This document shows, piece after piece, positions 34,101 through 47,700 of a stretch of DNA of 64,000 bases (positions within the stretch are counted from its first letter, which is position 1; every line of letters starts with the position of its first letter). The position numbers and the translations under genes were made by a program. Source of the DNA: Eledone cirrhosa (taxonomy: Eukaryota); the NCBI GenBank assembly GCA_964016885.1, contig OZ024744.1, positions 53,692,001 through 53,756,000 of the forward strand, read 5' to 3'. Under the pieces are notes generated by a model that saw only the letters and a list, made by a program, of their open reading frames with translations, had not been told where the DNA came from and searched no databases.

Positions 34101-37100
34101 ACAGCCACACAGCCACACAACCACACAACTACACCGCCACACAACCACACAGCCACACAACCACACAACCACACCGCCACACAGCCACACAGCCACACAA
34201 CCACACAACCACACAGACACACAGTCACACAGCCACACAGCCACACAACCACACAGCCACACAATCACACAGCCACACAACCACACAGCCACACAATCAT
34301 ACAGCAAAACAACCACACAACCACACAGCCACACAATCACACAGCCACACAACCACACAGCTACACAACCACACAGCAAAACAACCACACAACCACACAA
34401 CCAGACAGCCACACAACCACACAGCCACACAGCCACACAGCCACACAACCACACAACCACACAGCCACACAACCACACAACCACACCGCCACACCGCCAC
34501 ACAACCAAACAGCCACACAGCCACACAACCACACAGCCACACAACCACACATCCACACAGCCACACAACCACAAAACCACACAACCACACAGCCACACAA
34601 CCACACAGACACACAACCACACAACCGCACAACCACACAACAACACAGCGCACAACCACACAACCACACAGCCACACAGCCACACAACCACACAGCCACA
34701 CAGCCACACAACCACACAGCCACACAGCCACACAGCCACACACAACCACACAGCCACACAACCACACAGCCACACAACCACACAGCCACACAACCACACA
34801 GCACACAACCACACAACCACACAACCACACAACCACACAACCACACAGCACACAACCACACAGACACACAGCCACACAGCCACAGAACCACACAACCACA
34901 CAACCACACAACCACACAACCATACAGCCACACAGCCACACAGCCACACAGCCACACAGACACACAGCCACACAGCCACAGAACCACACTGCCACACAAT
35001 CACACAGCCACACAGCCACACCACAACACAGCGACACAGCCACACAAACACACAGCCACACAGCCACACAGCCACACAACCACACAGCCACACCGCCACA
35101 CAATCATACAGACACACAACGACACCGTCACACAACCACACAGACACACCGTCACACAGCCACACATTCACACAACCACACAGCCACACAGCCACACAGC
35201 CACACCGCCACACAGCGACACAGCCACACAAACACACAGCCACACAGCCACACAGCCACACAGCCACACAGCCACACATTCACACAACCACACTGCCACA
35301 CAACCACACAGCCACACAGTCACACCGCCACACAGTCACACCGCCACACAATCACACAGCCACACAACCACACAGCCACACAGCCACACAGCCACACAGC
35401 CACACAGCCACACAGCCACACAACCACACAGCCACACAGCCACACAACCACACCGCCACACAGTCACACCGCCACACAATCACACAGCCACACAACGACA
35501 CCGCCACACAACCACACAGCCACACAACCACACAGCCACACAACCACACAGACACACAACCACAGAGCCACACAACCACACAGCCACACAACCACACAAC
35601 CACACAACCACACAGCCACACAACCACACAGCCACACAACCACACAGCCACACAACCACACAGCCACACAGCCACACAGCCACACAACCACACAACCACA
35701 CAACCACACAACCACAGCCACACAGCAACACAACCACACAGCCACACAGCCACACAACCACACAGCCACACAACCACACCACCACACCGCCACACAACCA
35801 AACAGCCACACAAACACACAACCACACAGCCACACAGCCACACAGCCACACAACCACACAGACACACAACCACACAGCCACAGAACCACAGAACCACAGA
35901 ACCACACAACCACACAGCCACACAGCCACACAACCACACAGCCACACAAACACACAACCACTCAACCACACAGCCACACAACGACACCGCTACACAGTCA
36001 CACAACCACACAGCCACACAGCCACACAACCACACAACCACACAGCCACACAACCACACAGACACACAGCCACACAGCCACAGAACAACACAACCACACA
36101 AGCACACAGCCACACCGCCACACAACCACATAGCCACACAGCCACACAACCACACAGCCACACCGCCACACAACCACATAGCCACACAGCCACACAACCA
36201 CACAACCACACCGCCACACAACCACATAGCCACACAGCCACACAACCACACAACCACACAGCCACACCGCCACACAACCACACAGCCCCACAACAACACA
36301 GCACACAAACACACACCCACACAGCCCCACAGCCACACAACCACACACCACACAGCCACACAGCCACACAACCACACAGTCACACAACCACACAGACACA
36401 CAGCCACACAACCACACAGCCACAGAACCACAAAACCACACAGACACACCGCCACACAGCCACACAGCCACACAACCACACAGACACACAGCCACACAGC
36501 CACAGAACCACACTGCCACACAATCACACAGCCACACAGACACACCACAACACAGCGACACAGACACAAAACCACACAACCACAAAACCCCACAGACACA
36601 CAACCACACAGCCACACAGCCACACAGCCACACCACCACACAGAGACACAGCCACACAACCACACAGCCACACCGCCACACAATCACACAGCCACACAAC
36701 GACACCGCCACACAACGACACCGCCACACAGTCACACCGCCACACAATCACACAGCCACACAGCCACACAGCCACACAGCCACACAACCACACAGCCACA
36801 CAACCACACAGCCACACAACCACACAGACACACCGCCAAACAGCCACACAGTCACACAACCACACAGCCACACAGCCACACAGCCACACAGCCACACAAC
36901 CACACCGCCACACAGCCACACAGCCACACAACCACACAGCCACACATCCACACAGCCACACCGCCACACAACCACACAGCCACACAACCACACAACCACA
37001 CAACCACACAACCACACAGCCACACAACCACACAGCCACACAACCACACAGCCACACATCCACACAGCCACACCGCCACACAACCACACAACCACACAAC

Positions 37101-40100
37101 CACACAACCACACAACCACACAGCCACACAACCACACCGCCACACAACCTCGCAGCCACACAACCACACAGCCACACATCCACACAGCCACACCGCCACA
37201 CAACCACACAGCCACACAACCACACAACCACACAACCACACAACCACACAACCACACAACCACACAGTCACACAACCACACAACCACACAACCACACAGT
37301 CACACAACCACACAACCACACAGTCACACAACCACACAACCACACAACCACACAGCCACACAGCCACACAGCCACACAACCACACAACCACACAACCACA
37401 CAACCACACAACCACACAGTCATACAACCACACAACAACACAACCACACAACCACACAGTCACACAACCACACAACCACACAACCACACAGTCACACAAC
37501 CACACAACCACACAACCACACAGCCACACAGCCACACAACCACACAACCACACAACTACACAACCACACAACCACACAACCACACAGTCACATAACCACA
37601 CAGCCACACCGCCACACAGCCACACAACCACACAACCACACAGCCACACAACCACACCGCCACACAACTACACAGTCACACAACCACACAGCCACACAGC
37701 CACACAAACACACAGCCAGTCAACCATACCGCCACACAGTCACACAACCACACAGCCACACAGCCACACAACGACACCGCCACACAACCACACAGCCACA
37801 CAGCCACACAGCCACACAACCACACCGCCACACAGCCACACAGCCACACAACCACACAGCCACACATCCACACAGCCACACCGCCACACAACCACACAGC
37901 CACACAATCACACAACCACGCAACCACACAACCACACAGCCACACAACCACACAGCCACACAACCACACAGCCACACATCCACACAGCCACACCGCCACA
38001 CAACCACACAACCACACAACCACACAACCACACAACCACACAGCCACACAACCACACCGCCACACAACCTCGCAGCCACACAACCACACAGCCACACATC
38101 CACACAGCCACACCGCCACACAACCACACAGCCACACAACCACACAACCACACAACCACACAACCACACAACCACACAACCACACGGCCACACAACCACA
38201 CAGCCACACATACACACAGCCACACAGCCACACAACCACACAGCCACGCAACCACACAGACACACAGCCACACAGCCACAGAACAACACAACCACACAAC
38301 CACACAGCCACACCGCCACACAACCACATAGCCACACAGCCACACAACCACACAACCACACAGCCACACAACCACACAACCACACAGTCACACAACCACA
38401 CAACCACACAACCACACAGCCACACAGCCACACAGCCACACAACCACACAACCACACAACCACACAACCACACAACCACACAACAACACAACCACACAAC
38501 CACACAGTCACACAACCACACAACCACACAACCACACAGCCACACAGCCACACAACCACAAAACCACACAACCACACAACCACACAACCACACAACCACA
38601 CAACCACACAGTCACACAGCCACACAAGCCACACCGCCACACAACCACACAACCACACAACCACACAACCTTACAACCACACAGCCACACAGCCACACAG
38701 CCACACAACCACACAACCACACAGCCACACCGCCACACAACCACACAGCCACACAACAACACAAACACACAAACACACAGCCACACAACCACACAGCCAC
38801 ACAACCACACAACCTCACAACCACACAGTCACACAACCACACAGCCACACAGTCACACAACCACACAGCCACACCGCCACACAACCACACAACCACACAA
38901 CCACACAACCTCACAACCACACAACCACACAACCACACAGCCACACAACCACACAACCACACAGCCACACCGCCACACAACCCCACAGCCACACAACAAC
39001 ACAACCACACAACCACACAGCCACACAACCACACAACCACACAGTCACACAACCACACAACCACACAACCACACAGTCACACAACCACACAACCACACAG
39101 TCACACAACCACACAACCACACAACCACACAACCACACAGCCACACAGCCACACAGCCACACAACCACACAACCACACAACCACACAACCACACAACCAC
39201 ACAGTCATACAACCACACAACAACACAACCACACAACCACACAGTCACACAACCACACAACCACACAACCACACAGTCACACAACCACACAACCACACAA
39301 CCACACAGCCACACAGCCACACAACCACACAACCACACAACTACACAACCACACAACCACACAACCACACAGTCACATAACCACACAGCCACACCGCCAC
39401 ACAGCCACACAACCACACAACCACACAGCCACACAACCACACCGCCACACAACTACACAGTCACACAACCACACAGCCACACAGCCACACAAACACACAG
39501 CCAGTCAACCATACCGCCACACAGTCACACAACCACACAGCCACACAGCCACACAACGACACCGCCACACAACCACACAGCCACACAGCCACACAGCCAC
39601 ACAACCACACCGCCACACAGCCACACAGCCACACAACCACACAGCCACACATCCACACAGCCACACCGCCACACAGCCACACAACCACACAACCACACAA
39701 CCACACAACCACACAACCACACAACCACACAGTCACACAGCCACACAAGCCACACCGCCACACAACCACACAACCACACAACCACACAACCTTACAACCA
39801 TACAGCCACACCGCCACACAACCACACAGCCACACAACAACACAAACACACAAACACACAGCCACACAACCACACAGCCACACAACCACACAACCTCACA
39901 ACCACACAGTCACACAACCACACAGCCACACAGTCACACAACCACACAGCCACACCGCCACACAACCACACAACCACACAACCACACAACCTCACAACCA
40001 CACAACCACACAACCACACAGCCACACAACCACACAACCACACAGCCACACCGCCACACAACCACACAGCCACACAACAACACAACCACACAACCACACA

Positions 40101-40120
40101 GCCACAGAACCACACAGCCA
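16104..40120. repeat. 24-kb octameric satellite array (CCACACAG / CCACACAA / CCACACCG variants) with higher-order repeats
   Basis: Continuous 8-bp units with occasional shorter ones. Identical or near-identical ORF-track translations recur at offsets 446, 661, 1785, ~2005, 3203, 8863-8879 and 12098 bp. Confidence 0.97.
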
Positions 40121-40512
40121 AAGTAGCGAGAAGGCAACTGAGTTAATTTAATAAAGAAATATATATATAAATACATATATACCCACACACACACACGCAC
40201 ATATATATACACATATACAAACACATACACACACACACACATATATATATCATATAGATACATATATACATAATCTGTGCGAGAGCCACACATCCCGAGA
40301 AGACGAGAGTGACGGCAAGAAGCAGAAGAAGGAGGGGTGAGTTAATTCAATAGAGAAATCTGTGCTGTTGTATTCAATCCCTTCACCCTTTTTTGCGATA
40401 TATTTGTCTTCTTGTCTTGCTGTCCATCCACATTGTATTTACATACATACATACATACACACACATATATATATATGTATACATACATACATATATATAT
40501 ATATATTTATAA

Positions 40513-40625
<113 letters not shown>

Positions 40626-40670
40626 CACACATACATATATACATACATATATACATATATACATGCATAC

Positions 40671-41278
40671 ATGGTGGCTGCCAACTCGTTTTCGAGTACG
40701 GCCACTACATTATATCCATGTAGGAGAACCCCTACCGATGCGCTAAACGAGTGTGACTTTTTAGTCTGGCCAGCGACTTGAAAACTCTGGTACAAACACT
40801 ACACCTGTGGCAATTACTGACACAGTGCTGGGCCCATGGTACCATGTGACGACAAGTGCAGAGAGATCTCCAGATATAAAGCAATGCCTGAGCCGTGAAG
40901 GTTTTATAGTGAGCAAAGGCACTGCACAAAGCCAGTCCCACTCTCTTAACCAAGATGATATTTACCAAAAAGAAGAACAAGTCAACATCATTGGATACCA
41001 TCAGGGTTGCAGTTGTTTTATCAGAGTTTTCCTTCTCCTAGAACTCTGCCTTGACAAAGGCTAAGGGGTCATCTCTCCCGGTGACTTTGGATGGCCATTG
41101 ACTCCAAGAGCTCCTTTGCCCTTTTGACAGGTTTTGTTTTTAGTCCTGCAGGATGTCCAAAGTCACCCTCCTCACCAAGAAACCTTTGTGGGGTTGCAAG
41201 ATTAGTCGCCAACGACCCGACCATGGGACAGGTTGTACTGGGATACATGTTACCAATAGCACCAACTGGTGACCTGAC
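40671..41278 (-). mobile_element. Non-autonomous RTE-derived retroelement (~610 bp), copy 1
   Basis: It carries an RTE-type C-terminal Zn finger ([19 protein letters not shown]) fused to a 5'-UTR-like segment and is embedded in (CATA)n. It is the reverse complement of 43672-44281. Confidence 0.7.
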
Positions 41279-41533
41279 ATATACATACATATGCACATAC
41301 ATATATATGCATATACATACACATACACATGTGTGTGTATGTGTATACGTATGTATATGCATGTATATGTATGTGTATGCGTGTGTATGTGCATATATAT
41401 GTATGCATATGCGTGTGTATATACATGTATATGTGTGTATATGCGTGTGTATGTGCATGTATATGTATGTATATGCGTATGTATATACATATATATGTAT
41501 GTACATGCATACATACATACATACATACATACA

Positions 41534-41564
<31 letters not shown>

Positions 41565-41945
41565 GCATACATACATATATACATACATGCATAAATATAT
41601 ATACATATATACACATACATATATATACCTACATACATATATACATGCATACAAACATACATATATGCATACATGCATACATGCATATATACATACATAT
41701 ATATATATATATATATACATTATAACATACTTACATACAAGTACTTAGGCACATACAGACATACAAACACACGTACATGTACATAGACATATTTACCCAC
41801 ATATATACATGCATACACATATACATATACATACATACATGCACATATACAGAAACACACATATATATACATAAACATGCACATACATATATACACGCAT
41901 ATGGTCGGACACGCCTTCAATCAGAGACACATACATACGCACGCA

Positions 41946-42037
<92 letters not shown>

Positions 42038-42043
<6 letters not shown>

Positions 42044-43083
42044 GTGGTCCTTCATCAGTAATCTTCCAACCGTCATCGGTATTTCTTCGCTTTAAAGATC
42101 ATATACCTGCGGTTGGTGCGAGCAACGGCTAAAGAAAGTCGTTGGGACATGTAAATAAAGGGAACAGTGAGAGTGTAAGCAAACAAAGATGGTGAAGCAA
42201 CGAAAAGTGAGGAAGAACGAGTCAAGTCCCAAATTTCCATGAATATAAGTTCGGTGAAATCGAGAACGAGAGAGAATAAAGACCATCAAACCTAGTTGAA
42301 ATGTGAGCAAGGAAGGAATTTCGCACAGGTCTAACGAGAGGAAGAAGGGGTCTAGTCCGTGAATTCGGTAAACATAAGCTCTGTGAAATCGTAGACGAGA
42401 GAGAGAAAAAATGCCAACCGGCCTGGCTAAGCGTGCGAAAGAAAAGAATTACGCACAGGTCAAACGGGAAGAAGGAGGAGGAGGAGAGGTAGTAACAGAG
42501 AGTGAGTGAGTGAAGGGTGAGGAAGAGGCTAACAGAGAGAGTGACTGCTAGAGAGGGTAAAGATACAGAGAAAGAGGAAGCAGTAAGAATGAAATAGACG
42601 GGTCACAGCGGGGAAAAAAAATATGTGTAAATATGAGAATAAACGTGCTGCGGAGTTTCAAATTGGTTACATATGAATAAAGTGGTCCTTCATCAGTGAT
42701 CTTCCAACCATCATCGGTATTTCTTCGCTTTAAAGACCATATACCTCCGGTTGGTGCGAGCAACGGCTAAAGAAAGTCGTTGGGACATGTAAATAAAGGG
42801 AACAGCGAGAGTGTAAACAAACAAAGATGGTGAAGCAACGAAAAGTGAGGAAGAACGAGTCAAGTCCCAAATTTCCATGAATATATGTTCGGTGAAATCG
42901 TGAACGAGAGAGAATAAAGACCATCAAACCTAGTTGAAATGTGAGCAAGGAAAGAATTTCGCACAGGTCTAACGGGAGGAAGAAAGGGTCTAGTCCGTGA
43001 ATTCGATAAACATAAGTTCTGTGAAATCGTAGACGAGAGAGAGAAAAAATGCCAACCGGCCTGGCCAAGCGTGCGAAAGAAAA
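42038..43083 (-). repeat. Partial tandem repeat (period 638 bp, ~1.6 units), probable Penelope-type pseudo-LTR
   Basis: 42038-42445 is repeated at 42676-43083. The minus strand contains GGAAGATCACTGATGAAGGAC, and a fragment of the same family lies at ~8016-8095 (+). Confidence 0.75.
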
Positions 43084-43671
43084 TATATATATACACCTGC
43101 ACACACATAAGGTCGACCATACGCACACATAGAAACGCGTGCACATAAAATGCACATTTCCACGCACACATACAAGGAAACACGTATGCATGTAAAAAGA
43201 CACATACGCATACGCATAAGCACAAATGCAGATTCGTGTACACTCACACACACACAAACACGAAAAATGCACTAAGATGATCACCCTCAAAGATACACGC
43301 ACACACACACACAAAGTCACAAATATACGCACTGGTGCACACAGAATCATAGACACATGCATACTCATATTTACAGAAACACAAATTACATATACACCAT
43401 CATATACATAAGAACATACGAAATATCACATTCACTCACTCCCACACACATGCATATGTATATATGTATGTGTGTATAAATGTATGTATGTATGTGTATG
43501 TGTGTGTATGTTTGTATGTATGTTTGTATGTATATATGTGTGTGTGTGTATGGATGTATGGATGTGTGCGTGTATGTATGTGTGTATGTATGTATGAGTG
43601 TATGTATGTATGTGTGTATGTATGTATGTATGTATGTATGTATGTATGTATGTATGTATGTATGTATGTAT

Positions 43672-44281
43672 GTCAGGTCACCACTTGGTGCTACTGGTAA
43701 CATGTATCCCAGTACAACCTGTCTCATGGTCGGGTCGTTGGCGACTAAACTGGCAACCCCACTAAGGTTTCTTGGTGAGGAGGGTGACTTTGGACATCCT
43801 GCAGGACTAAAAACAAAACCTGTCAAAGGGCAAAGGAGCTCTTAAGAGTCAATGGCCATCCAAAATCACCGGGAGAGATGACCCCTTAGCCTTTGTCAAG
43901 GCAGAATTCTAGGAGAAGGAAAACTCTGATATAACACCTGCAACCCTGATGGTATCCAATGATGTTGACTTGTTCTTCTTTTTGGTAAATATCATCTTGG
44001 TTAAGAGAGTGGGACTGGCTTTGTGCAGTGCCTTTGCTCACTATAAAAGCTTCACGGCACAGGCATTGCTTTGTATCTGGAGATCTCTCTGCACTTGTCA
44101 TTACATGGTACCATGGGCCCAGCACTATGTGTCAATAATTGTCACAAGTGTAGTGTTTGTACCAGAGTTTTCAAGTTGCTGGCTGGACTAAAAAGTCACA
44201 CTCATGCAGCGTATCGGTAGGGGTTCTCCTACATGGATATAAAGTAGTGGCCGTACTCGAAAACGAGTTGGCAGCCACCAT
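43672..44281 (+). mobile_element. Non-autonomous RTE-derived retroelement, copy 2 (inverted relative to copy 1)
   Basis: Same ends as copy 1 (GTCAGGTCACC...GAGTTGGCAGCCACCAT), flanked by (TATG)n. Confidence 0.7.
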
Positions 44282-44806
44282 GTATGTATGTACGTATGAA
44301 TGTATTATGTATGCATGTAATAGGGTTGCATTAAATAATCGGCAGATAATTGGTATCCGCCATACCATCCATTTTTACCTTTTAATCGGTTTTGACATTG
44401 AGGGGCATTTCTGTTTCGGAGCAAGATCATGTGTCCTCGAGAAATTCAGAAAACACATTGGGTTCAGCACGTAAAAATACATTAGGAAGATATATTTTTT
44501 TTCTAGTGCAGTGTGAAGGTAGAAGAGAGAGTCCGCTAGTTACCTGAGTGGATATGCTTGAATGCTTTTTAAAAAGGAGTAAACTTTAAAATTATAAAGA
44601 TTCACATAAACCTTTTTAAATGTTTTCAAAATATTTCCAGTAATAATAATCCCTGTTATTTTAACGTACTCATACTGTAAAAACATGAACATTTCTCCAT
44701 TGTCAGAGCCTGACAACTTCCTTCATGTTACCTCTTACAATAAAAATCAGCTTAATTTTATCACCATCCGCTCTCATGCAGTAGCTGCATTATTTTTATT
44801 AATTAT

Positions 44807-44992
44807 GGCGGTGGATTGGCAGTATTGGTAGAGGGTCGGACACCATGCTTTGACGCATAGAGTTACGGCCCTTGCCATTCTGAGTTCAAATCCCGCCGAG
44901 GTTAACTTTGCCTTTCATCCTTACGTGGTCGATAAAATAAAGTACCAGTAATGCACTGAAAAATTGCTGGCCTTGTGCCTAACGTAGAAACA
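44807..44992 (+). mobile_element. Full-length tRNA-derived SINE with target-site duplication
   Basis: Pol III A box TGGCAGTATTGG (~44817) and B box GAGTTCAAATCC (~44882). Flanking direct repeat ATTATTTTTATTAATTATG at 44789-44807 and 44993-45011. Confidence 0.9.
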
Positions 44993-45195
44993 ATTATTTT
45001 TATTAATTATGAAATATGATAATATATTGCTTACGGTTAATTATCATTAATTATCATACATATCTTCATGTCCTAACATATAATTGCATTACAGATTATG
45101 GGCGGCCGATTAATTGGTATCAGTATCGGTATAAGACAAGGAGGATAAATTGGTAAACGGTAATTGGTCAATTTGCTTATCAGTGCTTCCTTACA

Positions 45196-45231
<36 letters not shown>

Positions 45232-45299
45232 ATGTATGTATGTATGTATGTATGTATGTATGTATGCATGTATGTATGTATGTATGTATGTATGCATGT

Positions 45300-46020
45300 T
45301 CCTCTTTCTCTTAATTTCGAGTACATTTTTGACCGGCCATCTTCCTGGTGGCGAGGTTGTAAAAGAAAAGAAATTGTAATCCCTTGAATCGTAAGAATAT
45401 TTTGCAAATTTTGAAGGTGCCAGCTATCGCAGCCATTCGTAGACTGTGAATTAGGGAGGGAGCTGCGTTCTTTGCCAATAAATCCAAATTCATTTATACT
45501 TTGATCCAAGTGGATTGGTATATAACCTGTAGCTCCAATAATGATGGAGGTGTATCTTGGATACTGGATCTGCAAACTCCTTATCAATTGTCCGTAGATG
45601 TCCTCCTTCTGTATTTTTCTTACAACGTTGACATCAAGTGGGCATTCTAGGAGCAGGAATACTCTGATGATATTGACCTGTTCTTATTTTTGGGGGTTAA
45701 CTTTCAGAGAGTGGTGTAGTGGTATTGTTCCAGCATGGCCATCGGAAGTTATACACATTCTCACGGTTCATATTTCTGAATTTTGTAACGTAATTGGACT
45801 TAGCATTACGCTAGACATAACTGTTGTAATGTTATAGCTTACCCCAGTAAACACTCAGGTGACACAAAGCCATCTATATTAGTTGAAGGAATAGAACTGA
45901 AAGTAATTGACATATCTGTCAACCTGAGCTGCATACTAAGCCTTTCCTGCTCCTTAGATGATAAAAAACAGTTGCTCTGTATTGAACACACTTCTTTACT
46001 CGTATTGATATGGATCCTCC
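45300..46020 (-). mobile_element. 3' fragment of an RLE-type LINE (R4/Dong-like), decayed
   Basis: CPLDVNVVRKIQ...DIYGQLIRSLQIQYPRY...IIIGATGYIP...AAIAGTFKICKIFL resembles the PD-(D/E)xK endonuclease C-terminus. The 3' end abuts (CATA)n. Confidence 0.6.
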
Positions 46021-46679
46021 TCAGCAGGGATTCTCAACCTTGGCTCCCTCATATATTTCTAATATTTTCATTTTCTTGAATGAAGTTAATTCTTGAATTT
46101 GATTGAAGAGCAGAATATTTTCTCGAATTGAAACTGCAATTCTGCTTTGGGTGAGAAAGCCATTTTTAAACTCGTTAAATTTAAACATTCTTTCACGAGA
46201 AGAAAAGGAATAATAAATACACATTGCAACGGATCTTAATCTAAAATATCAACAAATAGTACTGACAAAATTTGAATTCTCAGTAGAATATCCCGCTCTA
46301 TTTGGTACCACAAAGGCTTTAAAAGTGTTCATGAGATTTTCCACCTCATATCTAAGTGTGGAAAAAAAAATGTTCGCTGGTAACAAAAACGACAACACAA
46401 AAACAAAGAAAAAAACAAACAAAAGCAACAAACACACTTAGAAATAATATAAGCATTGAAGCTTATTTACGATTACAAGTAACACCCGGTATCCAACTTT
46501 CCAGATATTTCGGTGCTCGTGGCAGTGGAATAATTTGAATAGCCCAGATAAAAATATTCATATGAAATGTTTTCAACATTATTTCAATGTTAATTGCCAG
46601 CATTCTGCATTGCCTTTTAAAGTTCCATTTATATGTATTTGGCAGTGAAAGTTCCCAGAGTTAGAACTCTGTTCTCCAA

Positions 46680-47400
46680 GCATCACGTCCATATTTTTTA
46701 GGGCTTTCATCATTAATGATTACGACATACTTTGAATGTCAGCGGGTCTCTCCAGACAAGATTTTGCGTGAAGCCAACTTCTTGAGTATTGAGCTTATAG
46801 TAGCCCAGCACAGATGCCGTTAAATTAATCCATTTCTACAATAGTATCATCAGAGAATCCCAAAGCAGATGCTGTATGGTGGGGCTGTATTTAGAAAGCA
46901 CACCCAGCACAAACAAAAACTATGGTTTAAGGAATGGGTAAAATCCTCTTTGAAAGCATTTGAAATAAGTGAGGACAATTGGGAAGAAATTCTTCTCATC
47001 CCCATCGATGTAAAATAATAGGTAAAGAATGGTGCAGTGATTTTCTAAAAAGAACATGCATTTTTATGCTGAACTTAAAGAATCTGCACAACAATGCACA
47101 ATGTATTAGGTAAACTTGGTATGTTGTATTTGCGGTGGTATGAGATTTTCCAATATTGGTCTGGTTAGATCAGATAAAATGTTAGCTGCAGTATGTTCAC
47201 AACATTAAATTGAATAATATATAGCTCACGTGGGAAAGTTTGTAAATCTATTAGTGGGTTTAAAAGACGAAATGACATATAATCTAAATACAGTTCTGCA
47301 CAATGTTGTGCACATATGCAACTTTGTAAGGTCTGTCAAATGACATATCGGAAACTGATGGCTTTAAAAATCACTGTCGAAAAAATGATTCATTAACAGT
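46680..47400 (+). mobile_element. RTE-clade LINE 3' relic
   Basis: ILREANFLSIELIVAQHRCR...RIPKQMLYG...KLWFKEWVKSSLKAFEISEDNWEE plus a degenerate C2H2-like tail. Many stops. Confidence 0.7.
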
Positions 47401-47449
47401 AAGTGAAGGTCTTTCTAGGATATATTTGTATTTATGTACATAGGTATGA

Positions 47450-47700
47450 AGGCATGCAGATTAGTGGTTAAGGTGGTCGGTCTGCTTACGTTCGTAAGGT
47501 CGTGGGTTTGTTTCACGGTGCTGCGTTGTCTTCTTCAACAAAACACTTTATTTCAAGTTGCTCCAGTCCACTCATCTATCAAAATATTAGTTGCGTCTGT
47601 AATTCAAAGGGCCAGACTTGTTACACTGTTTCACGCTGATTTTCTCCTGAAAACTACTGTGGGACGCACAACCGCTTGCTCGTTAATTTCATAAGAGTTT
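47450..47700 (+). mobile_element. Degenerate tRNA-derived SINE (second family); an inverted fragment lies at ~48390-48510
   Basis: A-box-like TAGTGGTTAAGG and a degenerate B box, followed by CAAAACACTTTATTTCAAGTTGCTCCAGTCCACTCA. The 3' part matches the reverse complement of 48390-48510. Confidence 0.55.

Noticed and set aside
16104-40120. Satellite as a telomere array or CRISPR array
   Set aside because: The unit is not TTAGGG/TTAGG, the array is interstitial, and there are no unique spacers or cas genes. The context is eukaryotic.
16044-40293. Over a hundred Cys/Val/Trp/Gly-rich minus-strand ORFs
   Set aside because: They are translations of the octamer satellite started at GTG/TTG, present in all frames, with no coding signature.
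44807-44900. tRNA gene
   Set aside because: A and B boxes are present, but no cloverleaf is evident. It continues into a SINE body with a TSD and has multiple copies.
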